From Haloferax volcanii DS2 (GTDB lineage Archaea > Halobacteriota > Halobacteria > Halobacteriales > Haloferacaceae), in contig NC_013967.1 in the NCBI RefSeq assembly GCF_000025685.1, forward strand, positions 2,010,001 to 2,042,000: a DNA stretch of 32,000 nt, in the 5' to 3' direction. The position numbers were made by a program, and so were the translations under genes. Numbering within the stretch: position 1 is the first letter of the stretch; the number at the start of each line of letters is the position of its first letter. Below the pieces are notes generated by a model. It saw nothing but the letters and a program-made list of their open reading frames with translations, was not told the origin of the DNA and made no database searches. Of the stretch, positions 15,177 to 24,617 are shown in pieces.

Positions 15177-18100
15177 ATGAGTCGCTACCGCAGGCTCTCC
15201 CGACAAGGGTTGAGTCTTGCACTCACCCTCATCGTGGTATTCTCGGTTATCGCAGGGCCAGTCTCTGCGAGCGCCGGGACCGCCACAGGTGAGGCACAAC
15301 TGGGTGGACCGCCCGCTAACCAACTCGACACGGTCGACGACGACCAACTGACCCAGGCGTCGGAGAACATTAGCGTCTGGGACGGCGCGTTCCTGTCGCT
15401 CCGGCCTGACGACACCGACTCGCGGCTCGACTCGGCCGCGGCGTATCAGGTCCAGTCGACCAACACGTACGTGCGGGTAGACGGGAGGGAGCGGTCCCTC
15501 GAAAAGAATCCGATGTACGTGTACAACGTCGGACAGGAGGTCCCGTTCACGTTCTCCGGTTCGAGCGCCGGTGCGCCCCGAGCCATCGAGGGCCAGGACG
15601 TCCAACTCGTCGCGGCAAAGCTCGATAAGGGCGCGACGATTCCCCGGAGCGTCCCCGGCATCGCCCAGACGCTCACGAGCGACGACGACGTGAGTTCCTC
15701 GGTCGTCGGCTCGGCGCAGGGCACGTCGGACGACAACTCGTTCGCGTTCACGCCCGACGAGTCAGGCATGTGGATGTTCGCGGTCGTCACCGTCGACGAC
15801 GGCACCGGCTTTTCGGACGCCAACGGCGACGGGAACCTCGAAACCGACGGCAACGTCACGTTCGTCGGCGTCGACGCCCTGCCCGTTCAGCAGGGGTCGT
15901 CGTCGGTGAGCGCGCCGTCGCTCGCGGGCAACGGCCAGAACGTGACGGTTACGGTGGACGCCTCGTCGCTCGACGCGACCGAGGTCAGCCACACCGTCGC
16001 AATCTTCAACGAGTCCGACCTCTCGAACTACGACCAGACCATCAACGCGACCGACCGGTCGAGCATCTCGCTCGAAACCGAAATCGCGCGGGTCAACGGG
16101 ACCATTCGGATGCCGTCGAACGCGAACATCATGGGCGTCACGCCCGGTTCGCGCTCGTTCGTCGGCAGCGAGACGGCCGTTTCGATTTTCGACCAGCTCA
16201 ACGACAGCACGTCCCGGTTCGACGACGTGACCGTCGTCTCCCCGGGCGCGACCGTCTACGGTTCGGCCGTCACCGAGGTCGCGGGGAACCAGACGACCGT
16301 CGAGGTCCCCATCGCCGACGACGCCACGCCCGGTGACTACGTCGTGATGCACGTCGCGACGAACCAGTCGGGCACCGAGTCGGTGACGAACCGCGCGCCG
16401 CTGCAAGTCGCCCAGAGCGTCCAACTGAACCTGACGGCGAACACGACCACGCCCGTCGCGGGTGAGGACGTGGAGTTCGCCGTCACGCGCGAAGACACCG
16501 GCGCGGCCGTCGAGAACGCCGAGGTCACCGTCGGCGGAACGACCGTCCAGACGAACGCCAACGGCGTCGCGGTCGTCACCGTTCCGACGGCGGGCGAGTA
16601 CAACGCCACCGTCTCGAAGAACGCGACGAACGGCGAGGCGTTCGCCGGCGACGCGCTCGCGCTCGACGTGTTCGAGCCGGCGACCTTCGAGTACAGCAAC
16701 CTCACCATCGAACCGAAGCAGATCGTTCCCGGAACCGACGTGGTCGCGAACGCGACCGTCGAGAACGTCGGTGAAGTCAACGGGAGCTACGAGGCGGCGC
16801 TCACCGTCGACGGCGAGCCGCAGCCGTCCTCCGACACCGGCGAGCTCCAGCCCAACGAGTCGACCGAGGTGAGCTTCACCACCTCGTTCGAGGACCCCGG
16901 CACCTACAACGTCTCCATCGACGAGCTCTCGACCGACGACGCCGAACTCGTCTCGCGGACAGTCCGCGTCATCGCGCCGGCGAACTCGACCGTGACCGAC
17001 GTCACCGTCGAGCCGACGAGCGTCAACACGACCGAGCGCTACACCACTTCGGCGACCGTCGAGAACACCGGCGGTCGCTCCGACCTGGTCCGGCTCACGT
17101 ACACGACGACCGACGACTCGGGCACGGAGGTCTCCAACACCACCCGAACCGTCGTCGTGGGCGCTGATTCCACGGTCACGAGAAACGTGACCACGCTCGC
17201 GCCGACCGCGCTCGGTGCCGACGACGTCGGAAACTTCACCGTCACCGTCAACGGCGTCGAAGCGGATTCGACGCTGACGGTCACGCGGCGCGACCGGCTT
17301 CCGCCGACCGTCCGGCTTCCGGAACCCGCACAGGGCGCGGTTCCCTTCGGCACGCCCATCACGCTCAACGTGAGCGACGAGTCGGACATCAGGCGCGCGA
17401 CGTACAGCTTCGGTAACGGCTCGCAGCCGCTCTCGCTCGACGCCAACGGGAGTGCGACCGTCCCGACCGGCGACCTCGACGAGGGAGAGACGACGCTGAC
17501 GGTCAACGCGACCGACACGGCCGGGAACACGATTACCCGGACGTTCAGCTTCGACTTCGTCTCCTCGCCGCGCGTCACGAGCGTCGAACCGACCGACGTC
17601 GTCGGGCCGTCGAGCACTATCTCGGCGTCCTTCGCGGACGACCGCAACGGCGACGCGGAGTCAGGCATCAACGCCAGCGCGACGACGCTCGTGGTCAACG
17701 GCACGGCCGTCGACCTCTCGGGCGCGACGACGAACGACAACTCGACGCTCGAAATCAACGTCTCCGAACTCGGCGTCTCGCTCGACGAGGGGCCGACGAC
17801 CGCGAGACTGACCGTCGTCGACGAGGCCGGCCACGCCACCTCGCGGCTGTTCGAGTTCGAGTACGACGAGACCGCGCCGACCGCGAGTCTCACGCTCGAC
17901 CCCGACTACGACGAGGACCGCGAGGACGTGAGCGCGAACAACCCCGTCGACATCACGCTCGACAGCGCCGACGACAACCTCGAATCCGCGGCGTTCGTCG
18001 TCCGTGACTCGGACGACGAGGCGGTGTACACGCGCGACGTGACCTCCCTCGCCAGCACGACCGGCGGGTTCGAAATCGAGTGGGACGGCACGAGCGACGA

Positions 18101-21100
18101 CAGCAGTCTCGTCGACAGCTGTTCCTACAACCTCACGCTCGTGAGCACGGACGCCGGCGGTAACACCGGCGTCGCCAACGCCACGGTCTGCGTGGACAAC
18201 GATGAGCCGACCTACGACGTGTCGGCCGTCGACGGAACGACGGACCCCGTCTACACGAACGGCAGCGTCGATGTCGCGTACAGCACCTCGGAGAGCGTCA
18301 CCGTCGAATACGCGTTCGAGTCCGACTCGGGCGTGACGGCGACGTTCGAACGGACGCCCGACAACGGGACGGGCAACCACACGCTCGACGTGGCGTCGGC
18401 GCTCCCCGACGGGAACTACACGATGACGGCGACCGCCACCGACCTCGGTAACAACCAGGTCACCGTGGAACGGGCCGACCCCGTCGTGGTCGACACGACC
18501 GACCCCGGACTCACCGCGACGCTCAACACGACCGAGTCCGGCACCCTCTCGGTCAGCGTCGCCAGCACGGAACCGCTCGCCGGCACCCCCGACGCGGAAC
18601 TCACCGACCCGAACAGTAACGTCGAGTCGCTGAACCTCACGGAACAGGACTCGACGACGTGGACCGCCGAACTCGACACGACCGAGTCCGGCGAGTACGC
18701 ACTCGACGTGACGGGGACCGACCTCGCCGGCAACACGGCGAGCGACTCCAGTACCGCGACCGTCACGAGCAACAACTTCTCGGAGCGGTCGTCGGTGGTG
18801 CTCGTGAGCGCGAGCGGCGACACGTTCATCCGCATTAACGCCAGCGACGACGCCGACCTGCCCGCTGGGCAGACCGTCATCACGCTGACCGACACGAACG
18901 TCCCGCCGAACGCGCTCTCGCAGGGCACGGCGGCGACGAAGTACCTCGAAGCCAACGCCGGACTCACCGAGGACCAAATCGAGAGCGTCACCTACGGCTT
19001 CAACGAAGACCTCGACACCTCCGGAAACGGCTTCAACATCGTCTACATCGAGCGCGGCGGCACGCAGGTGCTTCCGACGACGCTCCAGACCGACCCGTTC
19101 GGCCTGTCCGGTAACTACTACACCGCGACCCGAACCGGTCTGTCGACCTACGGCGCGGTCGAAAACGACACGGAAGCGCCGACCATCAGCTACGACGACC
19201 CGGCCGAAGGCGCCGAGTTCTCCGAGGTCAACGACACGGTCTCGGTGAACGCGACGCTCTCCGACAACGTGGAGGTCAACACCTCCTCGGTGTCGGTGAC
19301 GCTCGACAGCGACGGACCGGTCAGTAACGTGGACGTGACCGACAACGCGACGATCACGAACGAGTCGGTCAACTACACCGCGTCCGGTCTCTCGCCGGCG
19401 GACTACACCGTCACCATCGAGGCGTCCGACACGAACCTGACCGCCAACACGGCGACCGAACAGGTCAACTTCACCGTGCAGGACGACCGCGAACCGCCGA
19501 CGATCACCGCGCTCGGCCCGACCAACGGCACGACCTTCCCGTTCGGCACCGACACGGTGGAACTCAACGCGACCTACGAGGAAGCGAGTGACGCGGTGAA
19601 CGACACCGGCGTCGACGCGGAGAACGTCACCGTCCTGTACGACGGACAGGACATCTCGGCCTCGGCCGCGCCCGACGCGACCGGGTTCAACACGACCGTC
19701 TCCGTGGACGGAAACGAGACGCACAACCTCACCGTTCGCGTGCTCGACAACGCCGGTAATAGCGTCGAGGACACGACGAACTTCAGCATCGCCGCTGACG
19801 ACGCCGAGCCGACGGTCGAGATTTCGAGCCCCGTCGAGGACGAGGAACTCTCGAACACGACGAGCTCGGTCAACGTGACCGCGAGCATCGACGACGCCGA
19901 AAGCGGCGTCAACCTCAGCTCCGTGACCGTCACCTTCGACGGGACCGACGTCACGAGCGAGGCGACCCTCGACGACCTCTCGAACATCCGGCTCAACGAG
20001 ACCGGTCTCGAACCGGGCACCAGCCACACGGTGTCCGTCTCGGCGGCCGACGAGAGCGGGAACGAGAACGCCTCGACGGTGAACTTCACCGTCGCGCCCG
20101 ACCTGACGGCACCGAACGTCACGCGGGTCAGTTCCCAGAACGCCACCTTCGAGAGCGACGCTAACGTCTCGGTCGAAGTGAACTACTCCGACCCCGAGAG
20201 CGGCATCGACGCCTCCGCGGTGACGCTGCTGCTCGACGGCGAGGACGTGACCGACGACGCGACGGTGTTCTCGAACCCCGGCGCGACGCTCGACCTCAAC
20301 ACGTCCGAAATCGACTCGGGCGAACACGTACTCAGCGTGCGCGTCACCAACAACAACGGTGACACGACCACGAACGACACCACGTTCTCGGTCAACCGAG
20401 GTCCGGACATCGCCGTGACCGCCGCGGACCTCAACGCGACCAGCGTGCAGACCGGCGACCAGGTCGAGGTGACCGCGCAGGTCGAGAACTTCGGTGACGA
20501 GACCGGGTCGCTCGACATCGGCGTCACCGGCACCAGCCAGGCGGGCACCACCGACTTCGGCGTCACGAAGTCCGTGACCCTCGACACTGGTGAGAACCAG
20601 TCCGTGAGCCTCGTCATCGAGCCGACGAGCGCGGGCACCTACTCCATCGCGGTCGACGAAACGACCACGGAGAACGCGCTCGACGTGAGCTCGCCGACGG
20701 CCGACATCCAACTGCTCAGCGACTCGTCGGCCAGCCCGTCGACGCTCCTCGAAGACGAGGAGACGACCGTCACGGTCAAACTCGGTAACCTCGGCGGCGC
20801 GAGCGGCAACATCTCCGGCGACGTGACCCGGAACGGGACGACGGTCGGGAACATCTCGACCTCGCTCGCGTCCGGCGCACAGCGGACGTTCACCTTCACC
20901 GACACGCCGCCGGGAACCGGCGACTACGTCTACGCGTTCGGCGGCGAGACCATCGAGACGGTCAGCGTCTCGGCGCGTCTCCCGGCGTTCAGCATCGACG
21001 CGAGCGCGAGTTCCATCTCGCAGTCGACCGTGGACACCGAAGAGACGTTCACGGTCTCGGTGCGCGTGAACAACACCGGAACCGCGGAGGGGACGTACAC

Positions 21101-21950
21101 CAAAGCGCTCACGGCTGACGGCACGACGCTGGCCACGGAGAGCGTCACCGTCGGCCCCGGTTCCTCCGGCACGCTGACGTACACCGTCTCCATCGACGAC
21201 GCCGGCACGTACGACCTTCAGGTCGACAACGTCACGGTCGGCAGCATCACCGTCGAGGAACCGAACGTCGGTGGCGGCGGCGGCGGTGCCGGCGGGAGCA
21301 GCCTCCCCCACGACGACACGACCGACAGCGACCGGCTGTTCTCGGCACGCGGCTTCGACGCCCAGTTCGACGGCGGACAGGGCGTCTCCGCGGTGAGCAT
21401 CACGTTCAGCGAGCAGACGACCGGCGAGGTCGTCGTCAGCGAACGGTCGGGGGTCCCCGGCAGCGTGGGACAGCCCGACGGCACGGTCGTCAGCTACGTG
21501 CGGATTGACGTGCCCGACAGCGCGCGCGACCGCGCGTCGACCCTCCGGTTCACCGTCAAACAGAGCCGGCTCGACGAACTCGGCATCGAATCGTCCGACC
21601 TCGTGGTCCGGCGGTTCAACGAGGACGCCGGTTCGTGGGAAAACCTCGAAACCAGCGTCGTCGACAGTGGTAACGGCGCGGTCGTCCTCGAGGCCGACAC
21701 GCCCGGCTTCTCGTACTTCGCCGTGACGTCGAGGCAGGCCGTCACGACGACGACGCCGGACGACGACGGCACGACGACGACGACGACGCCGGACGACGGC
21801 ACGACGACGACTGGCACTGCCGGCTTCGACGACGAAACGTCGACGGCAGCGAGCGGCACGACCGACTCCCCCGTTCCCGGATTCGGCGCGGCGCTCGCCG
21901 TGGTCGCGCTCCTCGCGGCCGCGCTCCTCGCCGTCCGTCGGAACGACTAA
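15177..21950 (+). CDS. Giant secreted cell-surface protein (about 2257 aa) with CARDB-like and Ig-like repeats, a PGF-pre-PGF domain and a PGF-CTERM archaeosortase signal
   Basis: The signal peptide is MSRYRRLSRQGLSLALTLIVVFSVIAGPVSASA. An alternative ATG at 15150 would add 9 aa. There are at least 5 CARDB-like modules (for example FEYSNLTIEPKQIVPGTDVVANATVENVGEVNGSYEAALTVDGE) and about 9-10 modules of roughly 100 aa bounded by D-x-x-x-P-T and containing ATD/AAD-x-(A/S)GN. NxS/T sequons are dense. A Thr-rich linker TTTTPDDDGTTTTTTPDDGTTTTG precedes the C-terminus SPVPGFGAALAVVALLAAALLAVRRND. Confidence 0.9.
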   Translation: MSRYRRLSRQGLSLALTLIVVFSVIAGPVSASAGTATGEAQLGGPPANQLDTVDDDQLTQASENISVWDGAFLSLRPDDTDSRLDSAAAYQVQSTNTYVRVDGRERSLEKNPMYVYNVGQEVPFTFSGSSAGAPRAIEGQDVQLVAAKLDKGATIPRSVPGIAQTLTSDDDVSSSVVGSAQGTSDDNSFAFTPDESGMWMFAVVTVDDGTGFSDANGDGNLETDGNVTFVGVDALPVQQGSSSVSAPSLAGNGQNVTVTVDASSLDATEVSHTVAIFNESDLSNYDQTINATDRSSISLETEIARVNGTIRMPSNANIMGVTPGSRSFVGSETAVSIFDQLNDSTSRFDDVTVVSPGATVYGSAVTEVAGNQTTVEVPIADDATPGDYVVMHVATNQSGTESVTNRAPLQVAQSVQLNLTANTTTPVAGEDVEFAVTREDTGAAVENAEVTVGGTTVQTNANGVAVVTVPTAGEYNATVSKNATNGEAFAGDALALDVFEPATFEYSNLTIEPKQIVPGTDVVANATVENVGEVNGSYEAALTVDGEPQPSSDTGELQPNESTEVSFTTSFEDPGTYNVSIDELSTDDAELVSRTVRVIAPANSTVTDVTVEPTSVNTTERYTTSATVENTGGRSDLVRLTYTTTDDSGTEVSNTTRTVVVGADSTVTRNVTTLAPTALGADDVGNFTVTVNGVEADSTLTVTRRDRLPPTVRLPEPAQGAVPFGTPITLNVSDESDIRRATYSFGNGSQPLSLDANGSATVPTGDLDEGETTLTVNATDTAGNTITRTFSFDFVSSPRVTSVEPTDVVGPSSTISASFADDRNGDAESGINASATTLVVNGTAVDLSGATTNDNSTLEINVSELGVSLDEGPTTARLTVVDEAGHATSRLFEFEYDETAPTASLTLDPDYDEDREDVSANNPVDITLDSADDNLESAAFVVRDSDDEAVYTRDVTSLASTTGGFEIEWDGTSDDSSLVDSCSYNLTLVSTDAGGNTGVANATVCVDNDEPTYDVSAVDGTTDPVYTNGSVDVAYSTSESVTVEYAFESDSGVTATFERTPDNGTGNHTLDVASALPDGNYTMTATATDLGNNQVTVERADPVVVDTTDPGLTATLNTTESGTLSVSVASTEPLAGTPDAELTDPNSNVESLNLTEQDSTTWTAELDTTESGEYALDVTGTDLAGNTASDSSTATVTSNNFSERSSVVLVSASGDTFIRINASDDADLPAGQTVITLTDTNVPPNALSQGTAATKYLEANAGLTEDQIESVTYGFNEDLDTSGNGFNIVYIERGGTQVLPTTLQTDPFGLSGNYYTATRTGLSTYGAVENDTEAPTISYDDPAEGAEFSEVNDTVSVNATLSDNVEVNTSSVSVTLDSDGPVSNVDVTDNATITNESVNYTASGLSPADYTVTIEASDTNLTANTATEQVNFTVQDDREPPTITALGPTNGTTFPFGTDTVELNATYEEASDAVNDTGVDAENVTVLYDGQDISASAAPDATGFNTTVSVDGNETHNLTVRVLDNAGNSVEDTTNFSIAADDAEPTVEISSPVEDEELSNTTSSVNVTASIDDAESGVNLSSVTVTFDGTDVTSEATLDDLSNIRLNETGLEPGTSHTVSVSAADESGNENASTVNFTVAPDLTAPNVTRVSSQNATFESDANVSVEVNYSDPESGIDASAVTLLLDGEDVTDDATVFSNPGATLDLNTSEIDSGEHVLSVRVTNNNGDTTTNDTTFSVNRGPDIAVTAADLNATSVQTGDQVEVTAQVENFGDETGSLDIGVTGTSQAGTTDFGVTKSVTLDTGENQSVSLVIEPTSAGTYSIAVDETTTENALDVSSPTADIQLLSDSSASPSTLLEDEETTVTVKLGNLGGASGNISGDVTRNGTTVGNISTSLASGAQRTFTFTDTPPGTGDYVYAFGGETIETVSVSARLPAFSIDASASSISQSTVDTEETFTVSVRVNNTGTAEGTYTKALTADGTTLATESVTVGPGSSGTLTYTVSIDDAGTYDLQVDNVTVGSITVEEPNVGGGGGGAGGSSLPHDDTTDSDRLFSARGFDAQFDGGQGVSAVSITFSEQTTGEVVVSERSGVPGSVGQPDGTVVSYVRIDVPDSARDRASTLRFTVKQSRLDELGIESSDLVVRRFNEDAGSWENLETSVVDSGNGAVVLEADTPGFSYFAVTSRQAVTTTTPDDDGTTTTTTPDDGTTTTGTAGFDDETSTAASGTTDSPVPGFGAALAVVALLAAALLAVRRND
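21871..21947 (+). other. PGF-CTERM sorting signal (archaeosortase ArtA-type recognition tripartite tail)
   Basis: A PGF motif, a hydrophobic helix and a basic tail (VPGFGAALAVVALLAAALLAVRRND), immediately after a Thr-rich linker. The preceding module ending PGFSYFAV is the usual pre-PGF domain. Confidence 0.85.
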
Positions 21951-21981
21951 CGACCGCACCGCGCGGTTCGTCCCTTTTTTC
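21951..21981 (+). terminator. Candidate terminator after the giant gene: GC palindrome ACCGCGCGGT followed by a T6 run
   Basis: The palindrome is at 21958-21967 and TTTTTT at 21975-21980, directly after the TAA stop at 21948-21950. Confidence 0.4.
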
Positions 21982-22067
21982 ATCTCTCATTTCTTCGACC
22001 GGTCCAGCGACGCCCGCGGCCGGCGCGACTGCCTACAAGCTTTTACCACCGGTGAGCAAAACGAACG

Positions 22068-23150
22068 ATGATGCTACGACCCCGCGTCTCGATTCCCGTT
22101 CTCGTGGTTGCCGCGATGCTCCTCGCGGCCGTCGCGCCCCCCGCCGTGGGGACGACCCACGACTACGACATCGACATCGACGGCTCGATCGACACCGTCG
22201 ACAGAACCGTCTCGACCTCGCAAGGCGAGTTCACCGTCACCCAAGTCGGCCGCGCCGACGCCGGCGACACCGTCTCGGTCTCCGTGGACGCGCCGAGCGA
22301 CAGCGACTACACAATCACGATTCTCGACTCCGAACAGCGATTCCGGCGGACCGCCGACGCCACCGGCGACGCGAGCCGCGAGTTCGGAACCGGTGGACTC
22401 GAGCCCGGAACCTACGCCGTCGTCGCCGGCAACCAGTCGACAGAAGAGGTCTACGCCGGCGAGCCGCTCGTGATTCGCGCCTACGCGGTCTCGACGCAGG
22501 CCGCCGAGAGCGTCGAGCTGTCGGACGACCTCGACGTGACCGTCGAACTCGACGAGGTCGAGTCGGGTGAGTCCATCGAGGCCGTCGAGGTCGTCCTCGC
22601 GGACGACTCCGAGAACCTCCGCGTCGACGCCTCGGCGGTCAACGACACGCACTACTCGGCGTCCGTCTCCACCGACGACGTGGACGCCGGCGACTACTCG
22701 CTGTACGCGGTCGTCCGCGGCGACGACCAGGCCCTCGGCGAGAACGAACTCATCGGCGTGAGCGACGCCTCGACGGTCGAGGTGGTCGAACAGAGCGACA
22801 CGTCGACGCCCGACGAGGGCTCCGGCGGTGCTGGCGGTGGCGGCGGTGGCGGCGGTGGCGCCGCGGACGACGCCACTGAGACGACCACCACGGAGTCCGA
22901 CGACACGTCGACATCGACGACCGACACCGCGGCGACGACCGACGACGACGAGCCGTCGACCACCGAGTCGACCGAGACGACCGACGCCACCGAGCCGACG
23001 GCGACCACGACGACCGATAACGTCGTGACGCCCAACGAGTCCACGACGACGGCCCAGACGACGACGTCTTCGGAAGTCCCGAACACGGCGCTCCACGTCC
23101 TGTTCGGCGCGCTCGTCGTCTTCGCGGTCGGTCGCCGCCTCGTCGGCTAA
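22068..23150 (+). CDS. Secreted acidic surface protein (360 aa) with a poly-Gly hinge, a Thr/Asp/Glu-rich linker and a C-terminal TM anchor lacking a PGF motif
   Basis: The signal peptide is MMLRPRVSIPVLVVAAMLLAAVAPPAVG. Two beta-rich acidic modules follow, then GSGGAGGGGGGGGGAADD, then a Thr-rich linker, then VPNTALHVLFGALVVFAVGRRLVG. A TATA-like CTTTTAC box (22040-22046) lies about 25 nt upstream of the ATG. Confidence 0.8.
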   Translation: MMLRPRVSIPVLVVAAMLLAAVAPPAVGTTHDYDIDIDGSIDTVDRTVSTSQGEFTVTQVGRADAGDTVSVSVDAPSDSDYTITILDSEQRFRRTADATGDASREFGTGGLEPGTYAVVAGNQSTEEVYAGEPLVIRAYAVSTQAAESVELSDDLDVTVELDEVESGESIEAVEVVLADDSENLRVDASAVNDTHYSASVSTDDVDAGDYSLYAVVRGDDQALGENELIGVSDASTVEVVEQSDTSTPDEGSGGAGGGGGGGGGAADDATETTTTESDDTSTSTTDTAATTDDDEPSTTESTETTDATEPTATTTTDNVVTPNESTTTAQTTTSSEVPNTALHVLFGALVVFAVGRRLVG

Positions 23151-23186
23151 CGCGTCCCCGCGTCACTCCCTGTTTTTCTGTGCCTC

Positions 23187-23732
23187 TCAGCGCTCCGCTC
23201 GCGCGCGCCGATTGTCGAGTCGGTTGACCAGCCAGATACCGAACGCGACGGCGGCGAGGGCGTACTGGAAGTTGTACCGCGGGTCGCCGAGCGATTCGAG
23301 GACGCGGACCCACGGCGGCACCGAGTCCGCGGCGTAGTCGGTCGCCGGGAACAGGGGCCACAGGAGGAACTGCATCGAACCCCAGTCGCCGGCGAGGAGC
23401 GCCCGGGAGGTGTCGCCGAGGTAGTGCGAGAGCGTCGCGACGACGAGGGCGGTCGCGTGCTCGCCGTAGCCCAGCCGATAGCCGACGCCGACGAGGACGA
23501 CGAGCACGGGCAGCATCACGAGAAGCGAGTGGCCGAGCGAGCGGCCGCTGACGAGGACGCCGTAGTACGCGAGCGGTTTGTCGATGAGGTCGGGCAACTG
23601 CGACCCGACGAGCGCGGCGGCCAGCGTCCACCCGGTCGGCAGCGGGCGACGCCGGCCGACCCGGAAGAGCGCGACCGAGAGATATCCGAGCGCGAGGTGG
23701 CCGATTGGGAACACTACCGAGGTGGACGGCAC
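23187..23732 (-). CDS. Membrane-bound metal-dependent hydrolase, YdjM/DUF457-like
   Basis: 181 aa and polytopic, with the N-terminus PIGHLALGYL, then PDLIDKPL, then GRSLGHSLL. This pattern is typical of YdjM-family proteins. The start is GTG (no in-frame ATG nearby), so the start position is less certain. Confidence 0.75.
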   Translation of the reverse strand: MPSTSVVFPIGHLALGYLSVALFRVGRRRPLPTGWTLAAALVGSQLPDLIDKPLAYYGVLVSGRSLGHSLLVMLPVLVVLVGVGYRLGYGEHATALVVATLSHYLGDTSRALLAGDWGSMQFLLWPLFPATDYAADSVPPWVRVLESLGDPRYNFQYALAAVAFGIWLVNRLDNRRARAER

Positions 23733-23867
23733 CGAGGCTATTCAACCGTGGGGACGGCGCGGGGCCGCACGATCCGCGAATCTGGACGTTCGTCGAATCG
23801 CGCTGGACTCTCGGCGTTCGCGACTCCACGCACCAAGTATATGTCACGTCGGGGACCACGTGGCAGT

Positions 23868-24617
23868 ATGTCTGATTCGGTCTCCGAACACCGCCCTCCC
23901 GCCGCGGCGGACTCGGCGGCGACGCTCCGTTGCGAGCGGGTCGTCCGCGAGTACACCCGCGGCTCCGACTCGTTTTTCTCCCGCGGGTCCGACGCCCCGA
24001 CGGTCCGCGCGCTCGACGGCGTCTCGCTTTCGGTCTCGACGGGCGAGTTCGTCGCCATCGCCGGGCCGAGCGGGAGCGGTAAGTCCACGCTGTTGCACCT
24101 CCTCGCCGCGCTCGACACGCCCACCCGCGGCGACATCCGGGTCGCGGGCACCGACGTTCGGTCGCTGTCGAACCGCGGGCGGACGAAACTCCGCCGCGAC
24201 ACCATCGGCATCGTCTTCCAGCATTTCCACCTGCTGCCCTCGCTTTCGGCCCGCGGCAACGTCGCGCTCCCGCTCATCGAACGCGGCGCGTCGAAGCGCG
24301 ACCGCCGCGCCCGCGCCGAAGACCTCCTCGAACAGGTGGGGCTCGGCGACCGCGCCGGCCACAAGCCGGGGGAACTCTCCGGCGGCGAGCAACAGCGCGT
24401 CGCCATCGCCCGCGCGCTCGTCTCCGACCCCGCGGTCCTCATCGCCGACGAGCCGACCGGCGAGTTGGACACCGAGACGGGCCAACGCGTCCTCGACTAC
24501 ATCGAACAGACCGCCACGGAGCGGGCGGTCGTCGTCGCCACGCACGACGAACACGTCATCGAGCGGGCCGACCGCGTCGTCCGCCTCCGCGACGGCCGCG
24601 TGGTGAGCGATGGCTAG
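23868..24617 (+). CDS. ABC transporter ATP-binding protein, MacB/LolD-like
   Basis: Walker A is GPSGSGKST, the signature is LSGGEQQRVAIARAL and Walker B is LIADEPTGELD. I chose the start at the second ATG of track ORF 23424-24617, because the TATA-like AAGTATAT box (23835-23842) is centred about 29 nt upstream of it. Confidence 0.9.
   Translation: MSDSVSEHRPPAAADSAATLRCERVVREYTRGSDSFFSRGSDAPTVRALDGVSLSVSTGEFVAIAGPSGSGKSTLLHLLAALDTPTRGDIRVAGTDVRSLSNRGRTKLRRDTIGIVFQHFHLLPSLSARGNVALPLIERGASKRDRRARAEDLLEQVGLGDRAGHKPGELSGGEQQRVAIARALVSDPAVLIADEPTGELDTETGQRVLDYIEQTATERAVVVATHDEHVIERADRVVRLRDGRVVSDG

Noticed and set aside
17661-21983. 1440-aa minus-strand ORF (plus many shorter minus-strand ORFs between 15159 and 21990)
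   Set aside because: It is antisense to the giant PGF-CTERM protein gene. The translation is dominated by R, G, V and D runs. The plus frame has a signal peptide, modular repeats and a canonical sorting signal.
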